64,000 bases of DNA from Lytechinus pictus (GCF_037042905.1 NC_087245.1:27468001-27532000), one strand, 5' to 3'; shown: positions 14,084 to 27,042, counted from the stretch's first letter. The notes: a model not told the origin generated them from the letters alone. Made by a program: numbers and translations.

Positions 14084-15975
14084 AGGGGCCGATTGCACGA
14101 AAGGGTCTTTCCAAGGACCGTCTTTCGTGTCGCCCATCTTTTATGATGCGCTATCCGGTGCGCTATTAAAGCGGGGTGTTTCTGAAATTTATGATAAACA
14201 ATTACAGTTCGTAAGCTTGCTTTTAAATCAAATTTTATACAATTTTGTGAGATATCACATCATTTTATCAACAAGGCATTATCGTGGTTTATGTCACCAC
14301 AGGCGCGTAGCCAGGGGGGGGGCGGTCGGGGCCCCAAAACGTTCCCAAAAAGAAAAAAAAAAGGGAAAAAAGAGAGGAGAAAAGGAAAAGGGAAGGGAAG
14401 AAAGGTAGCTTTGTGGTTTAAAAAAAAAAAAAAATTATTTTTTTCTCAAAAGAGAATTAAACTCCTTCACTCTTGCTCTAAATATGAATTTTGCTTCCGC
14501 GCTGCGCGCGGTTAAATGACAATATTGAAGTTCTCCTTTGTTTCCCCCACCATTTCTCTAACCCTGTTTTTCCACCTCAGCTATATGTGTTTCTTGCCAG
14601 TTAAAGTTCAAATGTATACATTAGGGCATGGAATTAGAGTAAAGTTATATCGAAGTATATGAAGTTATCTTTTTTTTGATTGATCGCGCAACTTCTGGCC
14701 GGGTCGGTTCCGGGCGGGTAAAATCTTTATATCAATTTCTGCCGTCACCTCCATAAAGTCAACTCCTCCCGCTTTTCAGCTCATTACTAAACAACCATAA
14801 TTTGGGGGCAAACAGTTTCCTGATTTAAAAAGAGGAAGGTATAAAATTCGTGTCGTATATACTAAATAAAAAAGTACAATATTTTTTATCAAATTCTATT
14901 AAACTTCATGTCATTTCCCTGCACATTCATCTCCTGTCATGTTTTGCGCCCTCAGTTTGAAATTTTGAATGACACCTGAGTTTCTATATAATTCAAAATG
15001 AAGCGCTTCTGGATTAGTCAAAAAAATTAGGCATCCTTTTTTATATAATTTCAATAAATCACAGAAGTTTCAACTTTTTTAGCATTATTTTCTTTGTAAT
15101 GAAGTTCAATAATCTTAGAAAATCAATTGAATTAGAGCCGATGGGGTATTAGAGATAGGCCTATCTGCATTTCATGAAACGTTCGCCCTTTGAAATTTCA
15201 GAGTTTCATTGCTCTGCGCGGGGAGGAATATCTTCCTCCTGGTATATACACTTCTTCTCCTCTGTTTTGCGAGTTAAAGATATGCACTGCTAAATTGTTT
15301 GTAATCAAATCTGATCTTTCCAAGGGAAGTAATCAATATATCTTTGAGAATACCCGTTTCTCGGGACCCTTTTCATGGCAAAAAATTGATAAAACGCTTT
15401 AGCTTCCGCGCTTTGCGCGGAGTTATTATTATTTTAATTTCCTCCATTGCCTTTTTTGTGCGTTCACAATCACTTTTGAAAGCAAGGTTCATGAAAACGA
15501 GGTTCAAAAGCACAATATAGTCAACTGAATTGGAGCTGATATAGGTAGGCCTACTAGAGACAAGAGAGACGGCTCCTTTTCATTTTAATTTATGAAACAC
15601 CAAAAGCTTCGCGCTTCGCGCGGAAGGGGGAAACTTCCCCTCCCTGCACCCACCCCCTAGGGAGCGCGCTTTGCTACGCTTGGCTACGCGGTTGTGTCAC
15701 CAGTCCATTCACTGCCGTTTATTTCGTCAGCGGTGGTGACATATTTCCACTCCCATTGACTTTGTACACAACGAGCGCGCACACACCGACATACACGAGA
15801 AGAGAGGTGACAAATTTCACGATAAGGCCATAAACAAATATTTTGTTTATTTTATCGGACGAATAAAATATGTTTGCAGATAATTTATTTGAAATGCGTT
15901 TCACATGGCGCATCATAAAAAATGGGCGACACGAAAGACGGTCCTTGCAAAGACCCTTTCGTGCAATCGGCCCCT
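14084..15975. mobile_element. TIR element (MITE, possibly PIF/Harbinger-like) with ~68-bp TIRs just upstream of MPV17, interrupted by a hAT element
   Basis: AGGGGCCGATTGCACGAAAGGGTCTTT.CAAGGACCGTCTTTCGTGTCGCCCAT at 14084 and its reverse complement ending at 15975. No clear TSD. Confidence 0.75.
14300..15694 (+). mobile_element. Non-autonomous hAT element, copy 1
   Basis: TIRs CAGGCGCGTAGCCA / TGGCTACGCGGTTG; 8-bp TSD TGTCACCA (14292-14299, 15695-15702). Confidence 0.85.
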
Positions 15976-16422
15976 GTTCACGGCCACGGTTAGCTCATAA
16001 TGATCAACTTTTCTCTAATGACCTTTGTGATTTTTCATTAGGATAAGCACTATCATTTTCGAATGTAGATGTTGCATAAGCTTCACCCACCGGTAGAGTA
16101 TTCAAATTCTAAGAACAAAAGGCATTGTATAGACCAGGTGACTAGAATAGTACATCAGGGATAAAGTTTGGAAATCTGTTTGCACATTTGAATATTGTTG
16201 AGGCTACTGTCAAATACATAATATCTCAAATTACCTTTTTCTGCTCGTGCGCAGTTTACAGCCGTGAACAGGCTTTATGCTGCTGCTGCGCTGCTAGTTA
16301 TTTGGTCCCCGCCCCCCCCTGGATAAAATGGTACCTGTCATGTCGGATAAAACGTCCGGCAATTAATTAATGAGCGCCCTCCGAATGCATGCAGGGGTGG
16401 GCTGATCATGCCCCCCCCCCCC

Positions 16423-16453
<31 letters not shown>

Positions 16454-17493
16454 CAATCAGAATCAGAATGTTTGGTCATTTTTACGTCTTTGAACACAAA
16501 CATGGTTCGGCCGGGGCACGGTTGGAAAAAAAAGTGGAGGGAGGGGGGTTGAGGCTGCTGAAGCTCGCAGCCCCCCCCCCCCCCCGGTTCCACGGCCCCG
16601 GTCCCTGTAGTCATTTTCATCCTTTTCACTGACCATAAATAATTATTCCATGCTGCCCGTTAATAGTTGACATCTCTCGTTAAATTCCAGTTCCAAAACA
16701 CCCAGTTGCGTTCGTCTCATGCCACTTTCCGTTTTTATGAATGTTGGTCTGTTTATTTAGATACGCGTCCACAAGTCCACCCCATCAAAAATTTGATTTG
16801 AATAAAAGGGGAAAACTCTAACAAGCATAACACTGAAAATTTTATCTAAATCGGATGTAAAATAAGAAAGTTGTGACATTTAAAAATTCGCTAATATGCC
16901 TATTATGCACATCCAATGGTCGGTATGCAAATGAGGGGACTGATGACCATCATCCACTCACTATTTCCTTTATATTTTCAGTATTATATGAAATATTTCA
17001 ATTTTCTATTCCTAAGTTTAATATTTGTGGTTCAGTCAAGTTGGTCATTATTGTCAAGTATGAAAAAATAATAATTCACGCAATAAAAAAAACCCAAGAG
17101 AAATAGTGAGTGATGATGGACATCATTTGCATATATCACCAAGGAGCTTCCATATCACTGAGTTGTGCATCACTGTTTTGTGAAAAATAAGCGAAACTTT
17201 AAAATGTCATAACTTTCTTATTTTACATCCGATATTGATGACATTTCCAGCGTTATGCATATTGCGTGTTTGATTTTTCTTTATTAATTCAAGTAAACTT
17301 TTTTCTGGGGTGGACTTGACCTTTAATTTGCTTAAAATATTCTGGTTTACCGTTTCATGAAAGTTTTCAGCATTGACAAGTTGATTTTTTTCTGACAGTT
17401 ACCATAGTAACAGTCAGAGGCCAGTGCCAATCAAAACCAATGGTTTCACTGAAATTGTCTTTGAGCACTTAAAAATTTCATCAAACACCCCAG

Positions 17494-17650
17494 GGGAGCG
17501 TTTCATCAACATTTTTGTCCGACAAGTTGTCAGATCTGACATCTTTCCTTGATTCTGATTGGCTGAGAAGCACTGTTACTATGGTAACTGTCGGATAAAA
17601 CAGGACTTGTCGGATAAAACGTCCGACAAGTCCTTTCATGAAACGCCCCA
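17494..17650. mobile_element. ~160-bp Harbinger-like MITE; related copies at ~3166-3327 and ~37470-37601
   Basis: GGGAGCGTTTCAT...ATGAAACGCCCC termini, CWG flanks, shared core GATTGGCTGAGA.G.ACTGTTACTATGG. Confidence 0.65.
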
Positions 17651-17737
17651 CTGGTCTTAATTTCTATAAAAGAAAATAAATCGAACTCCGGTGGGCCATC
17701 CCCGTAGGTTCGGGGCAACTGACCCCCCCCCCCCCCC

Positions 17738-17775
<38 letters not shown>

Positions 17776-19080
17776 CACAATAGTGTGTTTTGGTTTGATT
17801 AATTGAGAGTTATCTTGTTTCGATTAAAATTTCTTCGGCTTAAATAGCTATATAGCTGCATGTAGTTTGACACTTTTGCACGCCGAAAATGGGCTCGCTC
17901 GCAAAAATTTCAAAAATACACGTTTTAAAAATCTGACCCTCGGGCACAATATTTTTATAATCATTGTTCGTGCGTTTGCAGCGGAAATTTGATTTTTTTA
18001 CCAAGCATCTCATGCTATTACCATACACCATATAGGAAATACAATTTGAACCCTATTCAAATAGCAACACCCCAATGGTTGTTATATGCTTACTATTTCT
18101 TTTCTAGGCCTATTTCATTATGATATGATATATGAAATATTCTGTTTTCCTCCTCTTTGCCGTGTAAAATAAAGATTTATTCCTCCCTGAACATATTTTA
18201 CTTTTGATATTGTGTGGCCAAGTCAGGATGGTCATTTTTGTCAAATCTGTAAAATATGAAATATTGCATAAATCAAACAATGAAAACAACAGTGAGTTAG
18301 GGACGGACATCATCGAATCTCTGATTTGCATATCACTGAGTTGTAAATAATTGCAACCGTTTTGTGAAAAATAAGCAAGCATATTTTAATTGCGTAACTT
18401 TCTAATTTTACATCCGATTTTGATGAATTTTTCAACGTTATGTTTTTCTATATTGTTTAAAATCAACATTTTTCTGGGATGGACTTGACCTTTAAGGATG
18501 TATAGCGACATTATAAGCACCGAATAGGTCGCAGAGATGTGATAAAGGTGCAAATTATTTTTTTAACGTCAAGTAGGCCTATATTATGCACCTTTGAGGA
18601 TGAAAATTAAGTTGCATCTTTTAGGGTGCCAACGAGCGTTTCTTGGTGTAATGATGATATTTTGGCACCTTTTTCCACTCAGGGTGCAAGATTACACCCA
18701 AAAGGTGATACGTCTCAGTACTAGTAGGCCTATCATCATTTAGGGTGAAAACTTGAACCTTTACTCATTATAATCGACAGCCGCAATAATCGGCTGGAGA
18801 AAATGACTGGAGAATGTATCATTATGTCATTTAAAAAAAAATTGATTTCATTATGCGTTCATGTCGTTCATTTAGGCCTATTATGAATTATATTTCACTC
18901 AACATAATTTTATAACAAGCATTATAAATACAGGTTACTTTCATATGAATCATGATTAGGTCCGAATTGAACAATAATGAATATTAAATACACAAATGAA
19001 TATATTGATATGTAAATGAAAGAAAAAATAAATGAATAAAAAAAATAATGACAATATATTACTTTTTATAATTTGCAGAA

Positions 19081-19235
19081 TAATACATCGGTCACATTTG
19101 CTCTACAGCCGTCTTATTTATTTTTGTACCAGCTACATCATTGTACATGTATAGGTGGTTTGTATCAAAATGAATAAAACGGCTGTTTACGAATCGCTGT
19201 ATGGCAGCCGTAGGGGTAATATGACTGAGGTATTA
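19081..19235. mobile_element. Small MITE abutting the duplicated block
   Basis: Imperfect TIR TAATACATCGGTCACATT / AATATGACTGAGGTATTA. Confidence 0.5.
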
Positions 19236-20155
19236 CTCTACATCAATAGCAATTCAATGTATTTAACAAAATAATAAAGTAAAAACAGAAATAGAGTGAA
19301 TCAATAAGTATCATGGAATCATTACATCAAGTCATTCAGTGTATGACAATCAGAATTTTGATGATTTACAGTGTTTTTTTAATGCATGGAGGGACGTGCA
19401 TTTTTTTATATCACAAGAGAGTGAATCTACAATAAGACGGCAGCAACATATTCAAAATAATATTTTTTATAATCCGTCCTTGGGCAGGGTATTTGAAGGG
19501 AACATTGTTCAGAATATGGTGTTTTATAAGTTACATTAGTGGTTCCAGATAGGCTGGTGCTAAACCGTTTTGTATTTTGAAAGCTACAAGAACACAACAT
19601 TGATATTTGACACGTTCCTCCACTGTTTGCCATTTGAGCGAAGATAACAATTCATGGGTCCCTCTACAGTATAATTCCTTGTAAATGAAAACAATAATAT
19701 AAGCAGCAAATTTTAACGAAAATATCAGCAATATCTGCAACACAAGTTTCTCACAAAAACTTACCCAATATTTTATATCCCTTTTCTGATTTAGGCCTGT
19801 TCACAACAAAACAATGATATCGTGATTAGCTCTCGTACACTTTAATCGTTTAATCAAGAGTAACAATACTCCCACTCTCGTCAGCCCTGAGTTACCCTTC
19901 CTGGAGGAGGACTTCAGGGAATGGAACTACAAGGTACAAGGAATACAAGGCGTTTACGGGGACAAAGAGCACGAGTCAATAAGACCGTTTTATTTCAATT
20001 ATTGATTTATTCTAAAGAGGTATATATCATGCAGTCCATGAGTGATTAAGATAACTGATTAGAAATATTCGTTGACTGTGGAGATTGAACAGATTGCCAA
20101 TGGTTGTTGCACCCCCAGGTCGTATGGGAGCGCTGCAGTATATTCAATTCAATCT
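19235..20155 (-). repeat. Direct duplicate of 58226-59064 (LINE 3' fragment plus putative MYORG non-coding exon/promoter)
   Basis: Colinear, high similarity from ACTCTACATCAATAGC to GCTGCAGTATATTCAATTCAATCT; includes a degenerate LINE ORF2 C-terminus (FKIQNGLAPAYL, CPRTDY). Confidence 0.88.
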
Positions 20156-20347
20156 CATTTTATACTATACACACATGTATTCATAAAGCAGAATGGGTAT
20201 AATAGTCCTGTTTAAAATAAACATCTTTTTACAATTCGTGTAATGAAGATGGTGGCGATGGAGATGATAATGGCCATCGTGGTGATATGGCCAGGGACAC
20301 TCTATATATGGAGATCGACCGACCCATCAATATAATGGTCTTCAGGC

Positions 20348-20583
20348 CATTGGCGGCGAAAGCCAAACAATTTAGGGGGGGGGACCACCAACATTTTTTG
20401 ACAAGCAAACAAAAAAAGAAGGTTATATATCAACCAAAATTTTAGGGGGGACCGACAATTTTTTTTGACAAGCTAAAGAAAAGAAAAAAAAAAAAAAAAG
20501 GTCATCAACGAAATATTTAGGGGGGATCGTCCCCCCAACCTCAAATTTAGGGGGGCACGTCCCCCCCGCTTCCGCCGCCTATG
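20348..20583. mobile_element. hAT-type MITE
   Basis: Imperfect TIR CATTGGCGGCGAAAGC / GCTTCCGCCGCCTATG; flanked by CTTCAGGC on both sides. Confidence 0.75.
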
Positions 20584-20591
20584 CTTCAGGC

Positions 20592-21437
20592 CAGAGGCGT
20601 CGATCCTGGGGGACAGGGGGGGGGCGATCGCCCCACCAATGAAAATATTGGGGGGGCAAACATATCATTTTGCCCCCCCCCAATAATTCCGGATATACCA
20701 CACAAAAAAACAAGATTGTAATGTTCAGCAAGCGAGATTGAGATTCACAACTCGTTCTTTATTTAAAATCGTGCTCAAAATGTCCGCTTTTCAGATTGGA
20801 ATATAAAAAAATTTAGCTCGCGCTTCGCGCTCGCATCATTTCTGTAGCAAAAACCCATACTTTTCATGATTGAATAGGTGAATGTAAATGTCCCATTTTC
20901 AGTTTTAAGCTTCAAAAGAACTCCTGCTTCTATTTGCAATAATCTTTTCTTGGATATATATCTTGTTCTTTATCAAAAACTTCCATTAAACTGTCATTTT
21001 TTCCAGATCGAAATATCAAAATTTTCAGCTCGCGCTTCGCGCTCGCATCTATTCTTCTTTTAGATACCAATCTTAATCATTACTACCAAAAATGCTTAGA
21101 ATATCAAGCTTTCAGGTCAGAATATAAAGAAATTTCAGCTCACTCTCGGCACTCGTACTATCTGTGTAGTGAGATATGTATCCTCCTCATGAGTTACAAA
21201 CAGCTCTAAACAGGCACGCTTTTCCTGTCAGTATGCTAAAAAAAAATCAGCTCGCGCTTCGCGCTCGCATTGTTGGTGAGATACGTGTCTGTGTCTCATG
21301 AGTCATATTTATATATATATATAAATATATATATATATGTGTGTGGGGGGGGGTGGATGGGTGTCTTATACGATCGAGCGCCTTTGGAACGTTAATGATT
21401 TTGCCCCCCCAATCTGAAAAATGGATCGACGCCCCTG
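20592..21437. mobile_element. hAT-type MITE with internal GCGCTTCGCGCTCGCA subrepeats
   Basis: TIR CAGAGGCGTCGATCC / GGATCGACGCCCCTG; TSD CTTCAGGC. Confidence 0.8.
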
Positions 21438-21468
21438 CTTCAGGCACATACCCGCGTTTTGTTGCAAT

Positions 21469-22958
21469 CACTGGCGTAAATCCGTGTTGATGGGTGGGGG
21501 GGGGATGACTGAAATATTTTGGCTTTTTTTTGCAATCATGTTTTTAGATATGCAAGGAATTGTCTATGATAGGTCCACAGTGGGTCATGGCATTGGGGGG
21601 CACCAGCAAAAATTTTTAATCACTGAGTGAGTGCGCTAGTGAGGGCGCGAAGCGCGCTCAGTTGCCAGTTATACTGACCTAATATAGACATTTTAAGGAC
21701 AATGTCATTAAACGGATATGTATCTCACTGATCAAATAATGCGAGCGCGAAGCGCGAGCTGAAATTTTTTTACATTCACACCTAAAAAGGGACATTATAA
21801 TCAAATTTGTGTAATCATTATAGGTACATGTCTCGCTAAACAATACGAGCGCGAAGCGCGAGCTGAAAACTTAGATAATTCAGACCTGAAGTGGGGCATT
21901 CTAAGGTTTCTTTGTAGGAATTAACTAGGACCATACGTATTTCATTAACCAAACGATGCGAGCACGAAGCGCGAGCTGAACATTTTTGATATTCAGATCA
22001 GAAGAAGGGACATTTTAAGGACTGATTTTAGGAATTCATGAAGAGCAGACATATCTCACCAATCCACTAATGCGAACGTAATCACGGACAGGAAATGTTT
22101 CATATATACGAAGACCTTAACATGGGGCAATCACTTTTTGAGTCATGAAAAAGAAGCATGTGTCACTACATAAAAAAGTGACAACTCAAGTGCTAGGAAA
22201 TATATTTGGTTTATATTGACTTGAAAACGGGATGTTTTAGTACAACAGGATTATATATCTCGTTAAACAGACAATGCGAGCACCAGGAACAATGAAGACG
22301 TAGGCGCTGGGCAAATTATGTTTCATAAAGTTATGATAAAAATGTTTTTTATGTAATGTAACATAACATAATTATAATATAATATAACATTATAATGAAT
22401 AATATTTTCTTCTTTCCCAATACGTTTCTCTTCCTTTCTCCCTCTTTTCTCCTTTCCCTCCTTTCCCCGTTTTTGTTTTTGGTCAGCCGATGGGGGGGAT
22501 GTGCCCCCCATGCCCCCCGTAGTTACGCCACTGTATGTCCATATGGAAAATACCCCTCCAATATTATCTTTTTTATATACCCCATGATGGTTTAATGGTT
22601 TTATTAGAGATTACATTTAAAAAAATTTGAATTTCCATCTTAATCCCTTCCCAAAGACCCCAACATTGATGAATTGGAAGAAACGGGGGTTTCTCTTCAA
22701 TGTTATAATAAGGACATAAGTATTTCGTTAGGAAATGGTGAACTGGCTCTTTATTTGCATTTTATGATTCAATAATATTGTTTTATTTGTTAAGCGGTAT
22801 TTTAGGAAGAATTTTCACCAATAAAACAATTATCTTTTGTGATTTTTTTTCATTTCTTTTGTAAAAAGTGGGGAGGATGTTTGTACAGGCCACCCCCCCC
22901 CCTCCTCGAAAAGTGGGGGGATATACCCCCCCCCCATCCCCCGGGATTTACGCCAGTG
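21469..22958. mobile_element. hAT-type MITE containing a nested hAT-type element (21578-22533)
   Basis: Perfect TIR CACTGGCGTAAATCC; TSD GTTGCAAT. The inner element runs CAGTGG...GTTACGCCACTG with TSD TAGGTCCA/TATGTCCA. Confidence 0.8.
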
Positions 22959-23691
22959 GTTGCAATACACTATCATAGGGGCTGATCATTTTTACGTTCA
23001 GACTACCGAGGTTGTGTTGGGTTGTGTAGGACTGCTGCACATTGTTCGAAATGCGTAGGTTGAGTCCGAAAGTGTGAAAAATTATGTCGACCTACTTATT
23101 TAGAAGTGCTATTTTAAAGGGAGTGGGTCGACAGAAGTTCAGGGTCTGCGCACCTGAAAACTACAACACACCGGGGTTCCCCGCTCAAAATTGTGCAATC
23201 ACAATCTTGCGCAAGTCCTGATTTTTTATGCTAACCTTTGGATCGAGCTTGCAACAGAATCTGCCAGATAGTTTTTAAATAGCTACTCTTTCGACATCGC
23301 ACTGGTGATTTTTATCTGAACATTTTTATGAAATTAAGATTCAAGTTGTGTTGTACACATAAGATACTAGGCCTACATGATCATGTGGTCAATGATCTCA
23401 TTTGACACATATTATACAGTTTTTCATGTTTATAACGCTTCATGGAACACACTAATTAAAAAAAAATCCTTTAAAGTTACAACTGTGTATAACTGTTTGT
23501 GTAAACATTTCATTTAATTCACCAATTTGCATGAAATCCTTCAGTTTCACCAACTATTGAAAGCGTACCAATAAGCTTGATCGCTTCGCTCCCTATTGCT
23601 TTCAAGTTTCTCAATAATTTTTTTAACGCCTCTTCCCAATGGCCCTGGAATGCGGGCGTGCTGGATTCTTCAACTTTGTTCACACCAAAAA

Positions 23692-24406
23692 CCCCCTTTT
23701 TTGCTTGTCATTTTTTTCACAACCAGCAGCACCCCCCCAGAAGCGGATCTAGAGGGGGGGTTGGGGGGGTTGCAACCCCCCCAAAAAAAAAATCCGGGGA
23801 CCATTTTTTTAAATCTTATCTTTTTTTTTAAACTTGTAATTTTATTTTATTATATTTCTATGTATTTATTTTTCAAAAATTTTCCCTACTGTGGGAGGGG
23901 GGACACCCCCCTCCCACACCCTCCCCCCTCGCTCGCTCCGCTCGCTTGGACTCGGTCGCTACGCTCCCTCGCATACCACCCCAACCCCCCCTTTATAAAA
24001 AGCTGGATCCGCCCCTGCCCCCCCCCTCTTCATAAGCCGTTCTCATGCCCCTGTCTTGCCCCTTCCCCGGAAAACATCTGCGTATACTGCCTTTGTATTT
24101 TTCATCAAGGAATTACATCGATGAGTGAAAATAGGAGGTATAATGCCATGGTAAAACGGCCATTCATATTTGAATAAGGCTTGATTTCTGAAAGAAAACT
24201 CCCTTTTTTGCTTGTCATTTTTTTCACAACCAACAGCACCCCCCCCCCCCCCTCTTCATAAGCCGTTCTCATGCCCCTGTCTTGCCCCTTCCCCGGAAAA
24301 CATCTGCGTATACTGCCTTTGTATTTTTCATCAAGGAATTGCATCGATGAGTGAAAATAGGAGGTATAATGCCATGGTAAAACGGCCATTCATATTTGAA
24401 TAAGGC
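23692..24406 (+). repeat. Tandem duplication of a ~205-bp segment; the first copy carries the MITE
   Basis: CCCTTTTTTGCTTGTCA...CATTCATATTTGAATAAGGC occurs at 23692-24180 and 24201-24406. Confidence 0.85.
23738..24017. mobile_element. hAT-type MITE inserted in a poly-C tract
   Basis: TIR CAGAAGCGGATCTAG / CTGGATCCGCCCCTG. The empty site is present in the adjacent tandem copy at ~24240. Confidence 0.72.
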
Positions 24407-25486
24407 AAAATTAATACTAGTCTCATGCATGACTATTGTATATAATGACAGATCAAACTAATTGATTTCCATCCGTAAGTAAATGATTTCAAAAATCCTC
24501 TTGAATTATCTTCTAAACACCTGTTCATTTTAAACCGAACTGTTAGAAATCATGTTTAGCTAACAACGGTGACAACGGCGGGGACAGGGCAGGAGCTGTT
24601 TATTATATCCTTTATAGATTTCTCAATTAAACAAGTCTGCAATTCAAGTGTTTATCAAATTAATCGGCGTATTTGGCGTATCCAGGGGCACGAAGTCCGC
24701 TGTTGGTTGGCGAGCGAAATAAAAGAAAGGAAAGGAAACAAATAATGAGAATATTAGACCTACATGTGGGAACAAAATAATGCCCTGTGTGATGAAAACA
24801 TACAAACTGTCTTTCACTTCGAAATGCTGGGTTTCACTTGCGAAACAGCAATTTACTCGTTCGATGCGCCCCCTCTCATAATAATCCATATATTAATTGC
24901 ATTTTGCTGCTTCTTGTACCCCATTCACTTGAATATCTCAATTGTTAAAAGTTTTTGCCGTGTTGTGGGCTCTAAATGCTTATTTGCGCTGGTGAAAAAG
25001 GGACTTTTCACTTAGATAAGTGTCAGTGGACAATTTTTTTTTACTTGGTCACTACCCTCCCTTGCACGGCATACAAGCATTTCCTCACTGCAATGCACGA
25101 CATGGCTCTATATATAGGATCCAAGGACTAGACAAAATGCAATCTAACGTCCACTGCAATTATTGTATATGCCGTGATGTAGGGTATCAATATGCGTTTC
25201 ACTGATTAAGATAATAAATGTTTTCACTCGGTCGCTACGCACCCTCGCATATATGTATTTTTTTTTCATCCCGGTTTTTGATGCAGACCTCTATCTACTC
25301 TCGTCTGAATGACCAAACTTTGCATTGTAGCGTGTAAAGAATATTTCATTCACGAATACCAAAGAAAGCTGCTAATTTATCTCTACATTCAGCCTTCCCC
25401 TCATCTATTGTATCCTCAGTTGTTGGAAATTCCTGGTAACGTCATATTTCCAATACGGTATGTCTGTGTTTGTATTTTATAAATAA

Positions 25487-26071
25487 AGGTCAAGTCCACC
25501 CCAGAAAAATGTTGATTTGAATATAAAATAGAGAAAAATCAAACTATAGCATAATGCTGAAAATTTCAACAAATCGGATGTAAAATAAGAAAGTTATGAC
25601 ATTTTAAATTTTCGCTTATTTTTCACAAAACAGTGATATGCACAACTTAGTGATATGTAAATGAGACAGTCGATGATGTCCTCCACTCACTATTTCTTTT
25701 GTTTTTTATTGTTTGAATTATACAATATTTCATTTTTTTACAGATTTGACAACTTAGGACCAACTTGACTGAACCATATATTATTAAGCAATGCTAATTC
25801 CACTTGACAATGAGGAAAAACTTATAGAATATTTCATATAATAAAATACAAAAGAAATAGTGAGTGGATGACGTCATCAGTCGCCTCATTTACATACCGA
25901 CCAGGATGTGCATATAACTGTTTTGACTTTGTGAAATTAAGCGAAACTTTAAAATGTCATTACTTTTTAATTCTACATGTACATCCAATTTTGATGAAAT
26001 TTTCAGTGTTATGCTTGGTGGATTTTTCTCTTTTTATTCAAATACACTTTTTGTCGGGGTGGACTTGTCCT
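25487..26071. mobile_element. Kolobok-like MITE; related copies or fragments at ~16770-17326, ~18200-18495, ~31960-32560, ~54265-54560 and ~59960-60055
   Basis: (A)TAA|AGGTCAAGTCCACCCC ... GGGGTGGACTTGTCCT|TTAA termini with a quasi-palindromic interior. Confidence 0.65.
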
Positions 26072-26249
26072 TTAATTGTTTCACTGAGCCATTTATCCTG
26101 GAAAATGGGGATGGGTGGAGGTTGTTTTATCATTCGCTTCCCCTCTAAAAAAAAACACCTTTTTTTTTTACTGTATGTCCGAAGATGTTTGCTCTTTCTG
26201 GCGAGGATTGCCAGATACGCCACTGATGTTATTCAAAGTTCGGAAACCT

Positions 26250-27042
26250 GGAATTCCCCGGCATTATCCAACTTCCCAACTGCGACATATCTGTTATTCT
26301 TTTTCCGTACCCTGACACAAAATATTTTCACAATTAAAAATACAATCCTTCAGATATAGCTTAATTAAAAGTTCGTAAATTCAGTTTTTTTTTTTGCATG
26401 AGAAGATATGATATTAAGTGATTAAGTCAGATTAATCATTCTATTCAACCGGGTCAGCCTATTTGAATATCATAAATTCGTCGTCTTAAAAGTGTCTGAA
26501 ATGTAGCCTACGTCTGTGGTGGGGAATCCCAGGATCTGCATGACTCAACTTATCTGCTGGACGGAGCGACACTCCCCTCGCGCGGTCCCATAACATGAAT
26601 CTCCCTTGACTATTGGCTCGCATTTGGGTAGAACGTGGGTATTGGCCAATCATAAACAAGAATATGTATAGTGCCATTGACATTCTCTGAGCTGAAGTTC
26701 ATATAAATAGTGATTATTTACAGCTTCTCGTGCCCAGCAATCTTGGGGTCGCTTATTAGCCTATGTCTACTGATTCATTCATTGTATTGTGTAGAATAAA
26801 AAAAACTCTTTCGCGAGGCATTCCAAATATTTTGTTGGGACGTGATTGGATCCACTGAAAGGCAACTGTCTATACTGATGAGAGAGAAGGTGGTCAAGTC
26901 AAACTAAAAAAAAAACAATTTCTATTCACAGCTCACAATAACAGCGAGTTTAAGAATTGCCTTACTACTGGTAGTGGTACAGTGCCGAAAAGTGGGAGGG
27001 ATTTGACGTCTGTTTAGCCGTGTGTGGTACATTTTCTCTTTC
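26250..27042 (+). promoter_or_regulatory. Putative RLR promoter/5' region: NF-kB sites 26250-26259 and 26521-26530, CCAAT palindrome 26641-26650, TATA 26702-26709, CRE-like 27004-27011, ISRE-like 27033-27042
   Basis: GGGGAATCCC and GGAATTCCCC (reverse GGGGAATTCC) fit GGGRNNYYCC; ATTGGCCAAT; TATAAATA; TGACGTCT; TTTCTCTTTC (reverse GAAAGAGAAA). Motif matches only. Confidence 0.5.

Noticed and set aside
15190..15402. Duplicated [17 protein letters not shown]... (also 28135-28338) as a transposase remnant
   Set aside because: Internal sequence of two copies of a non-autonomous hAT element, with no DDE or BED motifs visible.
23596..24177. 193-aa ORF
   Set aside because: Spans a MITE and a tandem duplication with homopolymer-derived composition.
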